Positions 27,678-37,691 of a stretch of 40,988 nt of DNA are shown here, in pieces (positions within the stretch are counted from its first letter, which is position 1; each line of letters begins with the position of its first letter). Origin of the DNA: a virus. The translations under genes and the position numbers were made by a program. The stretch is taken from UHGV virus genome UHGV-0200626; one strand, 5' to 3'. The notes beneath the pieces are model-generated. The model was not told where the DNA came from, did no database searches, and saw nothing but the letters and a program-made list of their open reading frames with translations.

Positions 27678-29027
27678 ATGGCTACGTGGCAACAGGGTAT
27701 TAATTCTGGTGGTTTTCTGGCTGGCATCGGTACACAAAATGAGAATGCGCCAAAGGCAAGCGACATTAACGCAACGCTTGGTCTGATCCGCGAAAACAAT
27801 GAACTGGCTCGCTCAGGTGCAAATAACGTTGGTCTGACCGCGTTACGTGGTCTGGCTGGAGTTGCTGATATTTACAATCAGGAACAGCAACAGAAAGCTA
27901 TTAGTGCGTTCAATAAGGTTCACGCTGATGCATGGGCTTCTGGTGATCCATCGGGACTATTTAAGTTTGCCCAGGAAAATCCAGCGTTTGTTGCACAGGC
28001 ACAACAGGCGTTTTCCGGTCTTAATGATCAGCAACGCAACGATATGGGCGATTTAGCCATGAGGGCTAACGTCGCTCTTTCTCAGGGACCGGAAGCCTAC
28101 AGTAAATTCATTACTGACAACAAGGACAGGTTAAATCGCGTGGGGGCGAATGCTGACTGGATGATTCAGACAGGTATCCAGAATCCCGAGCAGCTATCAC
28201 ACATGCTGACTACTATGTCTCTCGGTGCGCTTGGACCAGAAAAGGCGTTTGCTGTTCAGGATAAGATGGCTGGTCGCCAACTTGAGAAAGGGCGATTGGA
28301 TGAAAGCATCCGTCAGGCTGATATGGAGAATGCGAGAGGATGGGCAAATATCCAGAACGCTCAACTAGACAGGGCTCAGCGGGCACAAATGCATAATGAT
28401 AACGTCGCCCTGAAGTTGCAGGAATTAGGTATGAAGCAACAGGAAAGCGGAAAGATTGACCCAAAACTTGTTCGAGATCTGAACAGTGATATTAATGGGT
28501 TCTCAAAGAATTATTCTGCAATGCGCAGTGCTTCTGACAACCTACAAGCCCTTGGGAAGCGCAACACTCCAGCCGCGCAGTTGGGAATGATTTTCAACTA
28601 TATGAAATCGCTGGATCCGCAATCTGTGGTACGCGAAGGTGAGCAAGTGCAGGTAAAACGCACTGATGGAATATTCGGCACACTTGGTAACTATGTTAGC
28701 CAATTATCTAACGGCAAGATGCTGAATAATGAGCAAGTCCAAGACTTAATCAACACCTCAAAACTGATGGCAAATACTGAAGGCGAAAAGTTTAACCAGC
28801 AAATGGATGATTATCTTTCAACTTATGGAGATTCTCTCCCCAGCGGACTAACTAAGCAATTGCAATCCAGAAAAGCCAAGCTGTATGAAGATATTCAGCA
28901 GCCTGCGCAACAACAGACACAACAAGCAACATCTGGCGGTCAAACATTTCGAGAAGGTATGACCGCGAAAAATCCTAAAACTGGTCAGAAAATTATTTAC
29001 AGGAACGGACAATGGCAACCAATGTAG
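27678..29027 (+). CDS. Ejection protein (P22 gp20-like)
   Basis: 449 aa; synteny with the P22 injection-protein cluster. Confidence 0.5.
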   Translation: MATWQQGINSGGFLAGIGTQNENAPKASDINATLGLIRENNELARSGANNVGLTALRGLAGVADIYNQEQQQKAISAFNKVHADAWASGDPSGLFKFAQENPAFVAQAQQAFSGLNDQQRNDMGDLAMRANVALSQGPEAYSKFITDNKDRLNRVGANADWMIQTGIQNPEQLSHMLTTMSLGALGPEKAFAVQDKMAGRQLEKGRLDESIRQADMENARGWANIQNAQLDRAQRAQMHNDNVALKLQELGMKQQESGKIDPKLVRDLNSDINGFSKNYSAMRSASDNLQALGKRNTPAAQLGMIFNYMKSLDPQSVVREGEQVQVKRTDGIFGTLGNYVSQLSNGKMLNNEQVQDLINTSKLMANTEGEKFNQQMDDYLSTYGDSLPSGLTKQLQSRKAKLYEDIQQPAQQQTQQATSGGQTFREGMTAKNPKTGQKIIYRNGQWQPM

Positions 29028-31180
29028 GTTTACCAGAGGGGTTTGTTCTGGATGAACAGCCTGATAACTCACAACTTCCTGATGGCTTTGTGCTTAATTC
29101 CCAACCAGAACAGCAGCAATCTCCTTTGGTTTCACCAGAGGAAAATTCCAGACAGGAAAATGTTGTTAATAATGCTAACGGTTTCGACCGTTTTATGTAT
29201 GGCGTTCTCAGTGGATTGATGGATGTTGGTAAAGGTGTTGGCCTGTTTCAGGATATGACACCAGAAGAGCAAGCCGCAATTCAGTCTCTACAGCAGAAGT
29301 TAGCGGCAAAACCATCAACCGCACAAGATGTTGGTGAGTTTGTTGGACAAGCAGCGCCATTTGTTAGTGGTGGTGGGATTATTTCTCAGGTTCCGAAAGG
29401 GGCGGCAAGGCTGGCTGCCGCCGCAGGGCTTGGTGCGGTTGAAGGTGGTGTTGTTGCTAACGGAACCGGTGGCAATGTAACTACAGGGGCGGCTATAGGT
29501 GCTGCCGCTGGTCCAATTGCTGAATTGGCATCTCCAGTGATTAGCAAAGCAGCCAGTGCGGTTACGAAGAGGTTTAGGCCTCCATCGGCAGAAATGTCTC
29601 AGGCATCTGAACTTAGTGGAATGGCGAGGGTTGCAACGAAAGCTACAGATGTGAATCCAATAACAGGAAACAGATCTGGTTTAAATGCTCTCGCGGAAGC
29701 TGTTTCACCAGATGATTCTGTGCTACAGGCCGCCCGCAATCTTGGGATGGAGGATGCCTTAACTCCCGGCATGTACTCCAGCAACCCTTCTTACCGCGCG
29801 TTTGAAAATGCTTTAGCTGCAACCCCAGGGAATAAACTGTTCCACGCACAGCGAGAGGCCATTAGTAGGCTTGGAGAGCAGGCAGATAAATTTATTAATG
29901 ATTTTGGTGGGAGCGTTGATAAGGACTTTATCAATCAAAAGGTCAAAAGCTCTTATGAGGAGTTAAGATCAAACCTGAAGCGCCAAGAAGACACTCTATA
30001 CAATCAAATTAGAGCAAAAATTCCAACAAGAGCTACCGTAGATACCACCCATACCACTAACGCCATTGAGGATATTGCAGATGATGTCGGTGGGCTAGAA
30101 AAACTAAAATCGCTATATCCTCAACTGTCAAAGACCTTGGAACAAATAGACCCAAACACCGCCCCGACTTATGGTCTTCTTGATGCAGTTCGACGGCAGG
30201 TTGGAAGGGCTCTTGGCAAAGAGATGGATAAAGGGCCATATAGCGGCATCGACGCTCGGCACCTTGGAATTATTGAAAGCGCACTGATACAAGATCAGGG
30301 AGCCGCTGCTGCCAAATATGGTGCAGAGGATACATGGAATTTAGCTAGAGAGATCGGGAGAAAGAGATTCGCAGTGCAGGCAGCCGCTGTTCAAAATCTT
30401 GGCAGAGACTTGGATAAAGGAATAGTGCCGCAATTACAGCAAGCTATCGTCGATATGTCTCAAGGAAAGGGCGGTGACTTCCGTCGCCTAGTTTCAAATC
30501 TTCCTGATGACATGGTGCAACCAGCTGTTGCCACCGCAATGAATAGGGCTTTCACTACGTTCGCTAAATCTCCCGGGCAGTCACTTGGTGTTCCTGGATT
30601 TGTTAAGTGGTATGGAGGGCTATCAAGAAACAAATCAAATATGCAGGCATTGAGCCGGGCAATTGGCTATCCGGCTACGCGTAGGTTGAGAAACATCTAT
30701 GAGGTGGCTTCTGGCATGCAAAGGGTGGGCAGCGAGAAGGTGTATTCCTCCTCTCAAATTGACCGGATGATGAATCAGTTCGCAGGAGAGAAGGGAATGC
30801 TTGGGCGTATATATGGAATAGGAAAAGACGTGGCTAAAGCAGAAGGGCTAACCACAGCCATCGGAGCGCCTGGAGCCGGTACGGCAGGGGTACTCTTTAG
30901 CCTCCTCCGTTCTGGTAAAAACTCAAGAATGGCTGCCGCTGATGAATTAATAGCATCTCCGGCTTTTAAAAATCTCTCAAAAAGGATTGCCGCAGGTCAC
31001 GCCAGCACCCCAGCATCTAGGAAATCGGTGGATGCTTCAATGCAGAAAGTGAAACCATATAGGGATTGGGTAAATACGCTATCAGCGGACGAGAAGAAAA
31101 ATCTAGCCCGCGTTGGTATTGTCGCTTTTCTCAGTAGTAACGATTCTTTGCCCACAGAGCAACAAGCAGGGCAACAATAA
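29012..31180 (+). CDS. Ejection protein (P22 gp16-like)
   Basis: 722 aa, last gene of the ejection cluster; synteny. Confidence 0.5.
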   Translation: MATNVGLPEGFVLDEQPDNSQLPDGFVLNSQPEQQQSPLVSPEENSRQENVVNNANGFDRFMYGVLSGLMDVGKGVGLFQDMTPEEQAAIQSLQQKLAAKPSTAQDVGEFVGQAAPFVSGGGIISQVPKGAARLAAAAGLGAVEGGVVANGTGGNVTTGAAIGAAAGPIAELASPVISKAASAVTKRFRPPSAEMSQASELSGMARVATKATDVNPITGNRSGLNALAEAVSPDDSVLQAARNLGMEDALTPGMYSSNPSYRAFENALAATPGNKLFHAQREAISRLGEQADKFINDFGGSVDKDFINQKVKSSYEELRSNLKRQEDTLYNQIRAKIPTRATVDTTHTTNAIEDIADDVGGLEKLKSLYPQLSKTLEQIDPNTAPTYGLLDAVRRQVGRALGKEMDKGPYSGIDARHLGIIESALIQDQGAAAAKYGAEDTWNLAREIGRKRFAVQAAAVQNLGRDLDKGIVPQLQQAIVDMSQGKGGDFRRLVSNLPDDMVQPAVATAMNRAFTTFAKSPGQSLGVPGFVKWYGGLSRNKSNMQALSRAIGYPATRRLRNIYEVASGMQRVGSEKVYSSSQIDRMMNQFAGEKGMLGRIYGIGKDVAKAEGLTTAIGAPGAGTAGVLFSLLRSGKNSRMAAADELIASPAFKNLSKRIAAGHASTPASRKSVDASMQKVKPYRDWVNTLSADEKKNLARVGIVAFLSSNDSLPTEQQAGQQ

Positions 31181-31225
31181 TCCAACCGACTGTTACCATA
31201 TTAACCTCCCGATAGCCATGGATGG

Positions 31226-31549
31226 CTATTCTGACATCCTTTTTAATTTATTGTATGACTCTATAGAATCTGTGCACAACTTCATGAACTCTTGAAGTGA
31301 CATTCCTAGGCGAGAAATTTCCGTATTCAAAAAACGTTCAATAAATTCATCTCCGCCGGGCATCTGTGTTGCTTCTTGAAAAGCAAACATTTGTTTAAAT
31401 GTTCCACACATACCAGCAACTTTAGCTGTAACTAACATGTCGTTAGCAAATTTCAGATCCTTATCTTGCGATTGTGCAAGACCACTAATTAGAAAACAGA
31501 ATGCACCTATAACCCATCGCTTCACACCAACCTCCTTAGTTTTGAGCAT
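31226..31549 (-). CDS. Secreted/periplasmic protein of unknown function (predicted signal peptide)
   Basis: 107 aa; N-terminus KRWVIGAFCFLISGLAQSQD looks like a Sec signal peptide; at the P22 sieA-equivalent position. Confidence 0.45.
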   Translation of the reverse strand: MLKTKEVGVKRWVIGAFCFLISGLAQSQDKDLKFANDMLVTAKVAGMCGTFKQMFAFQEATQMPGGDEFIERFLNTEISRLGMSLQEFMKLCTDSIESYNKLKRMSE

Positions 31550-31578
31550 GACGAAATTAACCAGCCATCAGGCTGGTA

Positions 31579-31761
31579 TTAGTCACATTCTATTTCTTTT
31601 GTCGAGGTCCATACATAAGGGTCTGAGCAAACAACCTCTCCATTTATCATGACGTCATAGCCCATTAGATATGAGTTACCACCAACAATCTGAGCGGCTA
31701 TGACGCTAATGCTGGCGGCGCAGGCTGCACCAAAAACGAAACCAATTAATATATTTTTCAT
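31579..31761 (-). CDS. Small secreted or membrane peptide (signal peptide, two Cys in the mature part)
   Basis: 60 aa; [24 protein letters not shown] hydrophobic leader, then about 36 residues with two Cys. Confidence 0.4.
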   Translation of the reverse strand: MKNILIGFVFGAACAASISVIAAQIVGGNSYLMGYDVMINGEVVCSDPYVWTSTKEIECD

Positions 31762-31792
31762 TTTAATTCCAAATAGTTATAGGATGAAAGTT

Positions 31793-31978
31793 ATGACCAT
31801 AGAAGAACGTCTGAACAACATTGAGTTGAACCAAACCCTGCTTGACCAGCGACTTTCAGATCTTGAGCTTAAAGATCTAGATGCGCAAATATCAGAAGCA
31901 GAAGCCAAGCTCTCCAGCCTAAACCACCGCAAGAAGCAAATCCGCAACAGAATTACTCAGGGACGCGGAAGCTGTTGA
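31793..31978 (+). CDS. Possible small coiled-coil protein
   Basis: ATG 31793 with AGGA about 7 nt upstream; heptad-like sequence; 3' end overlaps the convergent minus-strand ORF by 26 bp. Confidence 0.3.
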   Translation: MTIEERLNNIELNQTLLDQRLSDLELKDLDAQISEAEAKLSSLNHRKKQIRNRITQGRGSC

Positions 31979-32162
31979 GGTGGGATGCTAGGTCTCTATC
32001 GTTAAAATCAAGGCTGCTAATCATTTCATTGTAAATGGCGTTTTTATCTTCCATTGGCAGTCTTGAGTAAACCAGACACAGAGCATATTTCAGGGAGTTT
32101 AGCTCTTTCTCTAGCTCTTCCTTGCTTGACGTTGTTGACTTAATAAACTGTTTTTTATTCAT
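31953..32162 (-). CDS. Hypothetical protein downstream of mnt
   Basis: 69 aa; ATGA overlap with mnt. Confidence 0.4.
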   Translation of the reverse strand: MNKKQFIKSTTSSKEELEKELNSLKYALCLVYSRLPMEDKNAIYNEMISSLDFNDRDLASHLNSFRVPE

Positions 32163-32410
32163 TTTGCATCCTTACCATACATGGTCTTTAGCGTCTCAAC
32201 ATCGTGTTCAAGATCTATCAATCGTGATGCTATAGTTGCAAGGTCTAGTGCTTGAATGTGTTTATTTTTTTCGGTCCACGCTTCAAGTGCCGCGACCATC
32301 TCAGCATTTAATGAACGAGAATTAGCCTCAGCCAGTTCAATAAGACGTTCCTTTATCTCTACAGGAAGCCTCAGATTCACTTGAGGGTTTTTGTACTTAC
32401 GATCAGACAT
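32159..32410 (-). CDS. mnt: Mnt-like ribbon-helix-helix repressor
   Basis: 83 aa, same length as P22 Mnt; N-terminal NLRLPVEIKERLIELAEANSRSLNAEMVAAL fits the RHH pattern; divergent from arc-ant. Confidence 0.65.
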   Translation of the reverse strand: MSDRKYKNPQVNLRLPVEIKERLIELAEANSRSLNAEMVAALEAWTEKNKHIQALDLATIASRLIDLEHDVETLKTMYGKDAK

Positions 32411-32514
32411 CGGCGCATCCTGAATAATTATTTACCACAGGATATGTAGGTATCTATTGACTATCAATGCGTACCTAAATACTATGTATGCGTACCACAT
32501 ACAAAGGAGCAAAA
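32411..32514. promoter_or_regulatory. Divergent mnt / arc-ant promoter-operator region
   Basis: 104 bp AT-rich intergenic region containing two direct ATGCGTACC copies. Confidence 0.45.
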
Positions 32515-32661
32515 ATGAAAGTTAAGACATTAAGGATGCCAGAATGGCTAGAAAAGGCTTTGGAGCAGTCCGCGAAAAAGGATGATCGGTCGTTCAGTAA
32601 TGAGGTATTGAGGAGACTAAAGGAGTCAGTAGCTAAGGATGGAATTGTTTGTCCAGAATGA
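32515..32661 (+). CDS. arc: Arc-like ribbon-helix-helix repressor
   Basis: 48 aa ORF absent from the track (below its length cutoff): MKVKTLRMPEWLEKALEQSAKKDDRSFSNEVLRRLKESVAKDGIVCPE; AGGAG upstream; position between mnt and ant. Confidence 0.55.
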   Translation: MKVKTLRMPEWLEKALEQSAKKDDRSFSNEVLRRLKESVAKDGIVCPE

Positions 32662-32727
32662 GTAAAGCCCAAGCTATTGCGAGTAGCTCGGGCTTAAATC
32701 GCCAGTAAATTTTGAGGAAAAACTGAC

Positions 32728-33657
32728 ATGAAAAGTATAGCAACAGCAGTATCTACTATCAACGTGCCATTCCACGGCGCAGAGCTTTATGTCGTCAATC
32801 ACAACGGTGAACCGTACACCCCAATGAAACCTATCGTTGAAGGCATGGGTATGGATTGGGCTTCACAGTTTACGAAAATAAAGCAACGGTTTAAAACCTG
32901 CATTGTGAAAATCACAATGCAGCTTCCTGGCGATGAACAGTGCCGTGAGATTATTTGTTTGGCACTTCGCAAACTTGCTGGCTGGCTGCAAACCATCAGT
33001 CCTAACAAAGTTCGCCCTGAAATCCGCGACAAGGTAATCCAGTATCAGGAAGAGTGTGACGATGTCCTATACGAGTACTGGACTAAAGGCCATGTAGTTA
33101 ACCCACGCAAAGCTAAAAAGGCGTTGCCGGGTAAAATCACCACTGAACAGCAGGAAGCCATTAAACAACTCGTCATGAGTCGCGGTCAGTCTCTGCCAAA
33201 AGAAAAACAGGCGAAGGCGATGATCACCATGTGGTCGTCACTGAAATCCCATTTTGGATGTTCGTACAAAGAAATCAGTGAGGAGCAGTTTACCGAAGCA
33301 CTATCACTTGCAGCTCGAGTTCCACTTGAAGGTGAGTTCATTGGCAAACAAGAGAAGAAAACCAGCGAGCTTTCTGCAAAAGAAGCAAACAGCCTTGTAT
33401 GGTTATGGGATTATGCCAACCGTTCACAGGCATTATTCCGCGAACTGTATCCGGCGCTAAAACAAGTTCAATCGAACTATTCCGGCAGATGCTACGACTA
33501 CGGTCATGAATTCTCGTATGTTATCGGAATGGCGAGAGACGTTTTAATCAATCACACACGAGATGTTGATATCAATGAGCCAGACGGACCAGCGAATCTT
33601 TCCGCATGGATGAGACTTAAGAATAAAGAATTACCTCCTTCAGTACATAACTACTGA
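32728..33657 (+). CDS. ant: Antirepressor (Ant, AntA-type N-terminal domain)
   Basis: 309 aa; N-terminal VPFHGAELYVVNHNGEPYTPMKPIVEGMGMDW fits the antirepressor N-terminal pattern; downstream of arc as in P22 immI. Confidence 0.65.
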   Translation: MKSIATAVSTINVPFHGAELYVVNHNGEPYTPMKPIVEGMGMDWASQFTKIKQRFKTCIVKITMQLPGDEQCREIICLALRKLAGWLQTISPNKVRPEIRDKVIQYQEECDDVLYEYWTKGHVVNPRKAKKALPGKITTEQQEAIKQLVMSRGQSLPKEKQAKAMITMWSSLKSHFGCSYKEISEEQFTEALSLAARVPLEGEFIGKQEKKTSELSAKEANSLVWLWDYANRSQALFRELYPALKQVQSNYSGRCYDYGHEFSYVIGMARDVLINHTRDVDINEPDGPANLSAWMRLKNKELPPSVHNY

Positions 33658-33674
33658 CAGATAACCAACGCGAC

Positions 33675-33700
33675 AACCCAGCTTCGGCTGGGTTTTTTTA
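33675..33700 (+). terminator. Intrinsic terminator after ant
   Basis: CCCAGC-ttcg-GCTGGG followed by TTTTTTTA. Confidence 0.65.
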
Positions 33701-33767
33701 TGCCCAAAATTCACCGTAGCCATGCTGCGGCGATTCCTTGTATCTGGAGCAAATTAAATGACAGACA

Positions 33768-34262
33768 TTATCTAAAACAAGCAAACTCGCCATGATATTT
33801 TTCCCTGAATGCAATAGACATCAATTCGGCCAGCTCAATATCATCGGTATACCCAAGGCAAATAGACTTACCTTTTAGTTTGAACATAACTTTATATGTG
33901 TTTTTCCCTTTAAGAAGATGAACTCCTTTTATACCTGTATTGGATGATGAAACGCTGTTGGTTTTATTCTGACCTCTGGTTACTTCTCTTAGGTTTGAAA
34001 TTCTATTGTCATTTTTAACCCCGTTAATATGGTCAATTAACCCTTTAGGCCAGCATCCTTTCATATAAAACCAAGCAAGTCGGTGGCAAAGATACGATTT
34101 TCCATTAATCCGTATTGATAAGTAGTCGGCCTGTGAGTTCGTCTTAAATCCAGCAACCTTTCCGATACTGGAGCTACCAGAAGCTATCTTCCAAGTGAAG
34201 ACGCCTGTTTCTGGGTTGTAGTTGAGTGAAGAGGTTAATTCTTTATGAGTAATCATATTCAT
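33768..34262 (-). CDS. HNH endonuclease with AP2 domain (second copy)
   Basis: 164 aa; HNH core GLIDHINGVKNDNRISNLREVTRGQN and AP2-like TGIKGVHLLKGKNTYKVMFKLKGKSICLGY; paralogous at protein level to the ORF at 11427..11933. Confidence 0.7.
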   Translation of the reverse strand: MNMITHKELTSSLNYNPETGVFTWKIASGSSSIGKVAGFKTNSQADYLSIRINGKSYLCHRLAWFYMKGCWPKGLIDHINGVKNDNRISNLREVTRGQNKTNSVSSSNTGIKGVHLLKGKNTYKVMFKLKGKSICLGYTDDIELAELMSIAFREKYHGEFACFR

Positions 34263-34282
34263 TCCTTAAATAGAGATTTACT

Positions 34283-36118
34283 ATGTCAAATATTGTGCCA
34301 AATGTTATAATTTCAATGCCAAGTCAACTATTTACGTTAGCCAGAAAATTCCAGGCCGCAAGCAATGGCAAGATATTCATTGGTAAGATAGATTCCGATC
34401 CTACGCTCCCACAGAATCAAGTGCAGGTTTATGTGGAAAACGAAGACGGTTCTCACGTTCCTGTTTCGCAACCAATAATCATTAACGCTGCTGGTTACCC
34501 TGTATATAACGGACAGATTGCCAAATTCGTAACTGAGCAAGGCCATTCTATGGCTGTTTATGATGCGTATGGTGCACAGCAGTTCAAATTCCCAAATGTG
34601 CTGAAGTATGATCCTGACAGACTTGCTCAAAAACTGGAGAGTGAATTTGGAACTAAATATATAGGAGCTCCGTCAGGTGGCGGGACTCTTTATGATATGC
34701 TGTGGTTTGTAACTCCAGCACAATTTGGAGCCCCAGAAGATGGGAGCGATGCATCATCCTCATTACAGGAAATGCTTGATTACGCTACACTAAACGGTAA
34801 GGCAGTATTATTCGATAAAGCGATTACATATAACATAGAAAAGCCGTTAATATATAAGCAAAAAGGATTTCGTAACAGCCGTATTCTTTGCTATGGTGGA
34901 CGAACAGTAATAAATCTAAACTCTTCAACAGCGACTTCCGGATTGCCTAATGATGAAAGCGGAATTGTTATGGATGTTAATGCTGCAATTGTTGTGTCGT
35001 CAACAAACCCGGACACCGCGGTAGTAAACCAACCACAGGCTGTATATATAGAAGGGTTGCAATTCACTTCAACTGCTGGCGGCTCCTACGGAATTTACCT
35101 TGGGAAAACACAGAACACAAATATTAACGATTGTAAGTTTACAGGATTCACTGAAGCTGATATCTGCGATAACGGTTCATGGGTATTCCGAGTTCATGGC
35201 TGCCAAAATTTTAGCGCAGCCAACTACGGTATATGGAAAAAAGCAGGTACATCTGCATGGATTACAGAGTGTTATTTCCAGAACTCTAACTATGCAGTGC
35301 GAATGAAGAGTGGGTACTCTGTTATATCCAAGTGCGCTAATGATTTTACTAAAAATGCCGCATATTGGCTTGAGTCATCGGATTATAACAGTGTATATAC
35401 TATTGATGAGTGTGGTTTTGAGAACTCAGGTTCAGATGCTGTTGTTAAAGTTTCTGGGCGTATTGCACTCACATGGTCTAACTGTATGGCCGGTAACATT
35501 GAATCTCAACAGTCACCTGTTCCTACAAATTTACTCTGGGTTCAGGGCGACAGCAACGGTTCTCAGTTTACACTGAGCAATATTAGATTCCTCAATACTG
35601 GTCGTCGCATATGGGATTTAGGGACTAATAGCCGCTTCACCATTAACCGTGTCAACCATGCCTCAGGTGGCTTAGCGGATGTATGGGGGGATGGCGCGCT
35701 TGTCAATGAAAACACCTATAACACCACCAAGTATATGTCCGCCGCCTACCCCAATGGTTTTCAGATTGGACCAACAGGACTTAGCGACTGGTTCTCATCA
35801 GGCGGAAACACTGGCTCATTACCAAACGACCAAAGATTTTTGAGGTACTCCAAGACGATTACCAGAGCATCTGGTCAGAGTTTTGGAACAACAACAATAA
35901 CGTTACCATTTCAGTTGAGTGTCGATGGTGAGGGGTATCAGGTTATTGTCACTCCGAGAGAGTATCCAAATAACGTCCCTACGTATCAATGGCATTGCGC
36001 AAGTTATAATCATACATCCACTGATGTTCAGATTATAGCTGGTCGTGGTGATGGCAACACAGCATGGTCAACAGTTATTGTTGACATATTAATAATTGGA
36101 AAAGCGATAAACTTTTAA
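34283..36118 (+). CDS. Tailspike: P22 gp9-like N-terminal head-binding domain with a different receptor-binding domain
   Basis: Residues 1 to about 110 match P22 gp9 (GKIFIGKIDSDP...VYVENEDGSHV...VLKYDPD); the remainder is unrelated and rich in N/G/S/T as in beta-helix depolymerases. Confidence 0.8.
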   Translation: MSNIVPNVIISMPSQLFTLARKFQAASNGKIFIGKIDSDPTLPQNQVQVYVENEDGSHVPVSQPIIINAAGYPVYNGQIAKFVTEQGHSMAVYDAYGAQQFKFPNVLKYDPDRLAQKLESEFGTKYIGAPSGGGTLYDMLWFVTPAQFGAPEDGSDASSSLQEMLDYATLNGKAVLFDKAITYNIEKPLIYKQKGFRNSRILCYGGRTVINLNSSTATSGLPNDESGIVMDVNAAIVVSSTNPDTAVVNQPQAVYIEGLQFTSTAGGSYGIYLGKTQNTNINDCKFTGFTEADICDNGSWVFRVHGCQNFSAANYGIWKKAGTSAWITECYFQNSNYAVRMKSGYSVISKCANDFTKNAAYWLESSDYNSVYTIDECGFENSGSDAVVKVSGRIALTWSNCMAGNIESQQSPVPTNLLWVQGDSNGSQFTLSNIRFLNTGRRIWDLGTNSRFTINRVNHASGGLADVWGDGALVNENTYNTTKYMSAAYPNGFQIGPTGLSDWFSSGGNTGSLPNDQRFLRYSKTITRASGQSFGTTTITLPFQLSVDGEGYQVIVTPREYPNNVPTYQWHCASYNHTSTDVQIIAGRGDGNTAWSTVIVDILIIGKAINF

Positions 36119-36257
36119 TTGCTCAAAGGCATGAGGTCTGTCATCCAATCATCAATCTAACGATGGCTTGTTGTGGCTGATGAGATAAAAATGAGACACA
36201 CAACGATTTTGCATTGACTCGCAAAGCTTTGTGCTCTTCGATAGTGGTTAAGGTGGA

Positions 36258-37451
36258 TTACTCCACCTTTTCATCAAGCCAGTCCGCCCACCACTGCATC
36301 ATTTCTCTGCGCTTATCGAGATACTGAGCATGGTTGTAAATCCCGCGCACAGATCCGCCGTTGGCATGTGCCAGTTGCACTTCAATAGCATCAGCAGGCC
36401 ATTCGTGCTCGTTCATAATCGTGCTGAATTCATGCCTGAATCCGTGACCGCTTTCCAGACCCTCATAGCCAATTTGTTTGATCACAAGCAATACCGCGTT
36501 CTCGCAGATTGGCTTCTTCTTATCGTTGCGACCGGCAAAAACAAACTCTGATACTGGTTTAGTGATTGAGCTTAGCGTAGTGAGAAGTTCAACCACCTGG
36601 TCTGACATAGGAACCACATGAATTTTGCGTCCCTTCATCACACTGGCGTCGATGGTGATAATCCTGTTTTCAAAATCGACGTTCTTCCATAGCATGGAAC
36701 GAAGCTCTTTTGTTCTGAGGGCTGTGTAGCGTAAAACTTTGGTCGCAATGAGCGATACGATGCTTCCTGAAAATGTTGCCAGTGCTTTGTTAAATGCCGG
36801 GATCTGGTCTGCAGGAAGAAACGGGAAGTTTTTCTTGCGGTATCCCTTCATGGCGTCAGCAAGGTCAGGTGCCGGGTTATATTTAGCCCTACCAGTGACA
36901 ATAGCGTAACGGAAAACCTCGCCGCATCTTCTGCGGGCTTTGTTGGCTCGCTCCATTGCACCGCGATCTTCAAATCTGCGGATTACTTCCAGCAGTTGCA
37001 TCGGCTCAATATCCTGAATTTCAAGGCCGCCGATGATAGGTAAAATGTCGTCATCAAACATTTTTGCAAGTTCAGTCGCATACCCTACTGACCAGACTTG
37101 CTTCTTGTGCTCGTACCATTCCTTGTAAATCGCACTAAAGGAATTGTTGTTAGACGAAGCCTTTTTCGCCTTTACCGGATCGATGCCAACCGAGATGTCT
37201 TTCCTCGCAGTCCATGCCTTATCCCTTGCCTCCTGCAAAGTCATTAGCGGATATTTTCCTACGGTCAGGATTTTCTCCTTACCGTCAATCTTGTAGCGAA
37301 GCTGCCATACCTTTTTCCCGGATACAGGGACATAAAGGTACAGGCCATTACCATCGAGAAGGCGGTATGGTTTTTCTTTCGGCTTTGCTGCTTCAATCTG
37401 CTTAACAGTGAGCATGAGTAAAAATCCGGTGGGTAAAATTATTTTATCCAC
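36258..37451 (-). CDS. intS: Tyrosine integrase (CPS-53 IntS-like)
   Basis: 397 aa; C-terminal catalytic residues within HGFRHEF and RGIYNHAQY; immediately downstream of the tRNA 3' end. Confidence 0.85.
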   Translation of the reverse strand: MDKIILPTGFLLMLTVKQIEAAKPKEKPYRLLDGNGLYLYVPVSGKKVWQLRYKIDGKEKILTVGKYPLMTLQEARDKAWTARKDISVGIDPVKAKKASSNNNSFSAIYKEWYEHKKQVWSVGYATELAKMFDDDILPIIGGLEIQDIEPMQLLEVIRRFEDRGAMERANKARRRCGEVFRYAIVTGRAKYNPAPDLADAMKGYRKKNFPFLPADQIPAFNKALATFSGSIVSLIATKVLRYTALRTKELRSMLWKNVDFENRIITIDASVMKGRKIHVVPMSDQVVELLTTLSSITKPVSEFVFAGRNDKKKPICENAVLLVIKQIGYEGLESGHGFRHEFSTIMNEHEWPADAIEVQLAHANGGSVRGIYNHAQYLDKRREMMQWWADWLDEKVE

Positions 37452-37576
37452 TTTTTACCCGTCATGGAGTGCGGCTGTCAACGATCTGACGCGAACCATT
37501 ACGAACTGTGAATCTACGGAAGGCTTGATATTCAGGGGATTTTGCGGACTGGTACGGATGGGAGCGAACTGATAAA

Positions 37577-37651
37577 TGGTGTCCCCTGCAGGAATCGAAC
37601 CTGCAATTAGCCCTTAGGAGGGGCTCGTTATATCCATTTAACTAAGAGGAC
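37577..37651 (-). tRNA. argW: tRNA-Arg (anticodon CCU), argW-like
   Basis: Reverse complement reads GTCCTCTTAGTTAAATGGATATAACGAGCCCCTCCTAAGGGCTAATTGCAGGTTCGATTCCTGCAGGGGACACCA (75 nt) with acceptor stem, CCT anticodon in a CTCCTAA loop, GGTTCGATTCC T-arm and CCA end. Confidence 0.95.
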
Positions 37652-37662
37652 AATGCGGCATG

Positions 37663-37691
37663 AGTATACCCGCTAATGGAGTGCGGGGTAA
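37663..37691 (-). promoter_or_regulatory. Candidate promoter for the tRNA gene
   Basis: Minus-strand TATACT about 11 nt upstream of the tRNA 5' end, with TTACCC 17 bp further upstream; not a strong consensus match. Confidence 0.3.

Larger units (their letters stand above)
1..37576. mobile_element. Lambdoid/P22-like prophage, partial (left end and attL outside window); right boundary at the tRNA-Arg 3' end
   Basis: Continuous phage gene content (recombination, cI/cro/cII, O, nin, Q, lysis, terminase, portal, coat, ejection proteins, tailspike, integrase) ending next to an intact tRNA; host genes only to the right of 37577. Exact att core not determinable without the left end. Confidence 0.85.

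Noticed and set aside
36250-36269. Hairpin AAGGTGGA-ttac-TCCACCTT at the integrase stop as a terminator
   Set aside because: No T-run follows on either strand; it overlaps the last integrase codons.
36119-37576. Duplicate of the tRNA 3' end (attL) inside the window
   Set aside because: No second copy of the tRNA 3' segment was seen by eye; the left attachment site is presumably beyond the window start.
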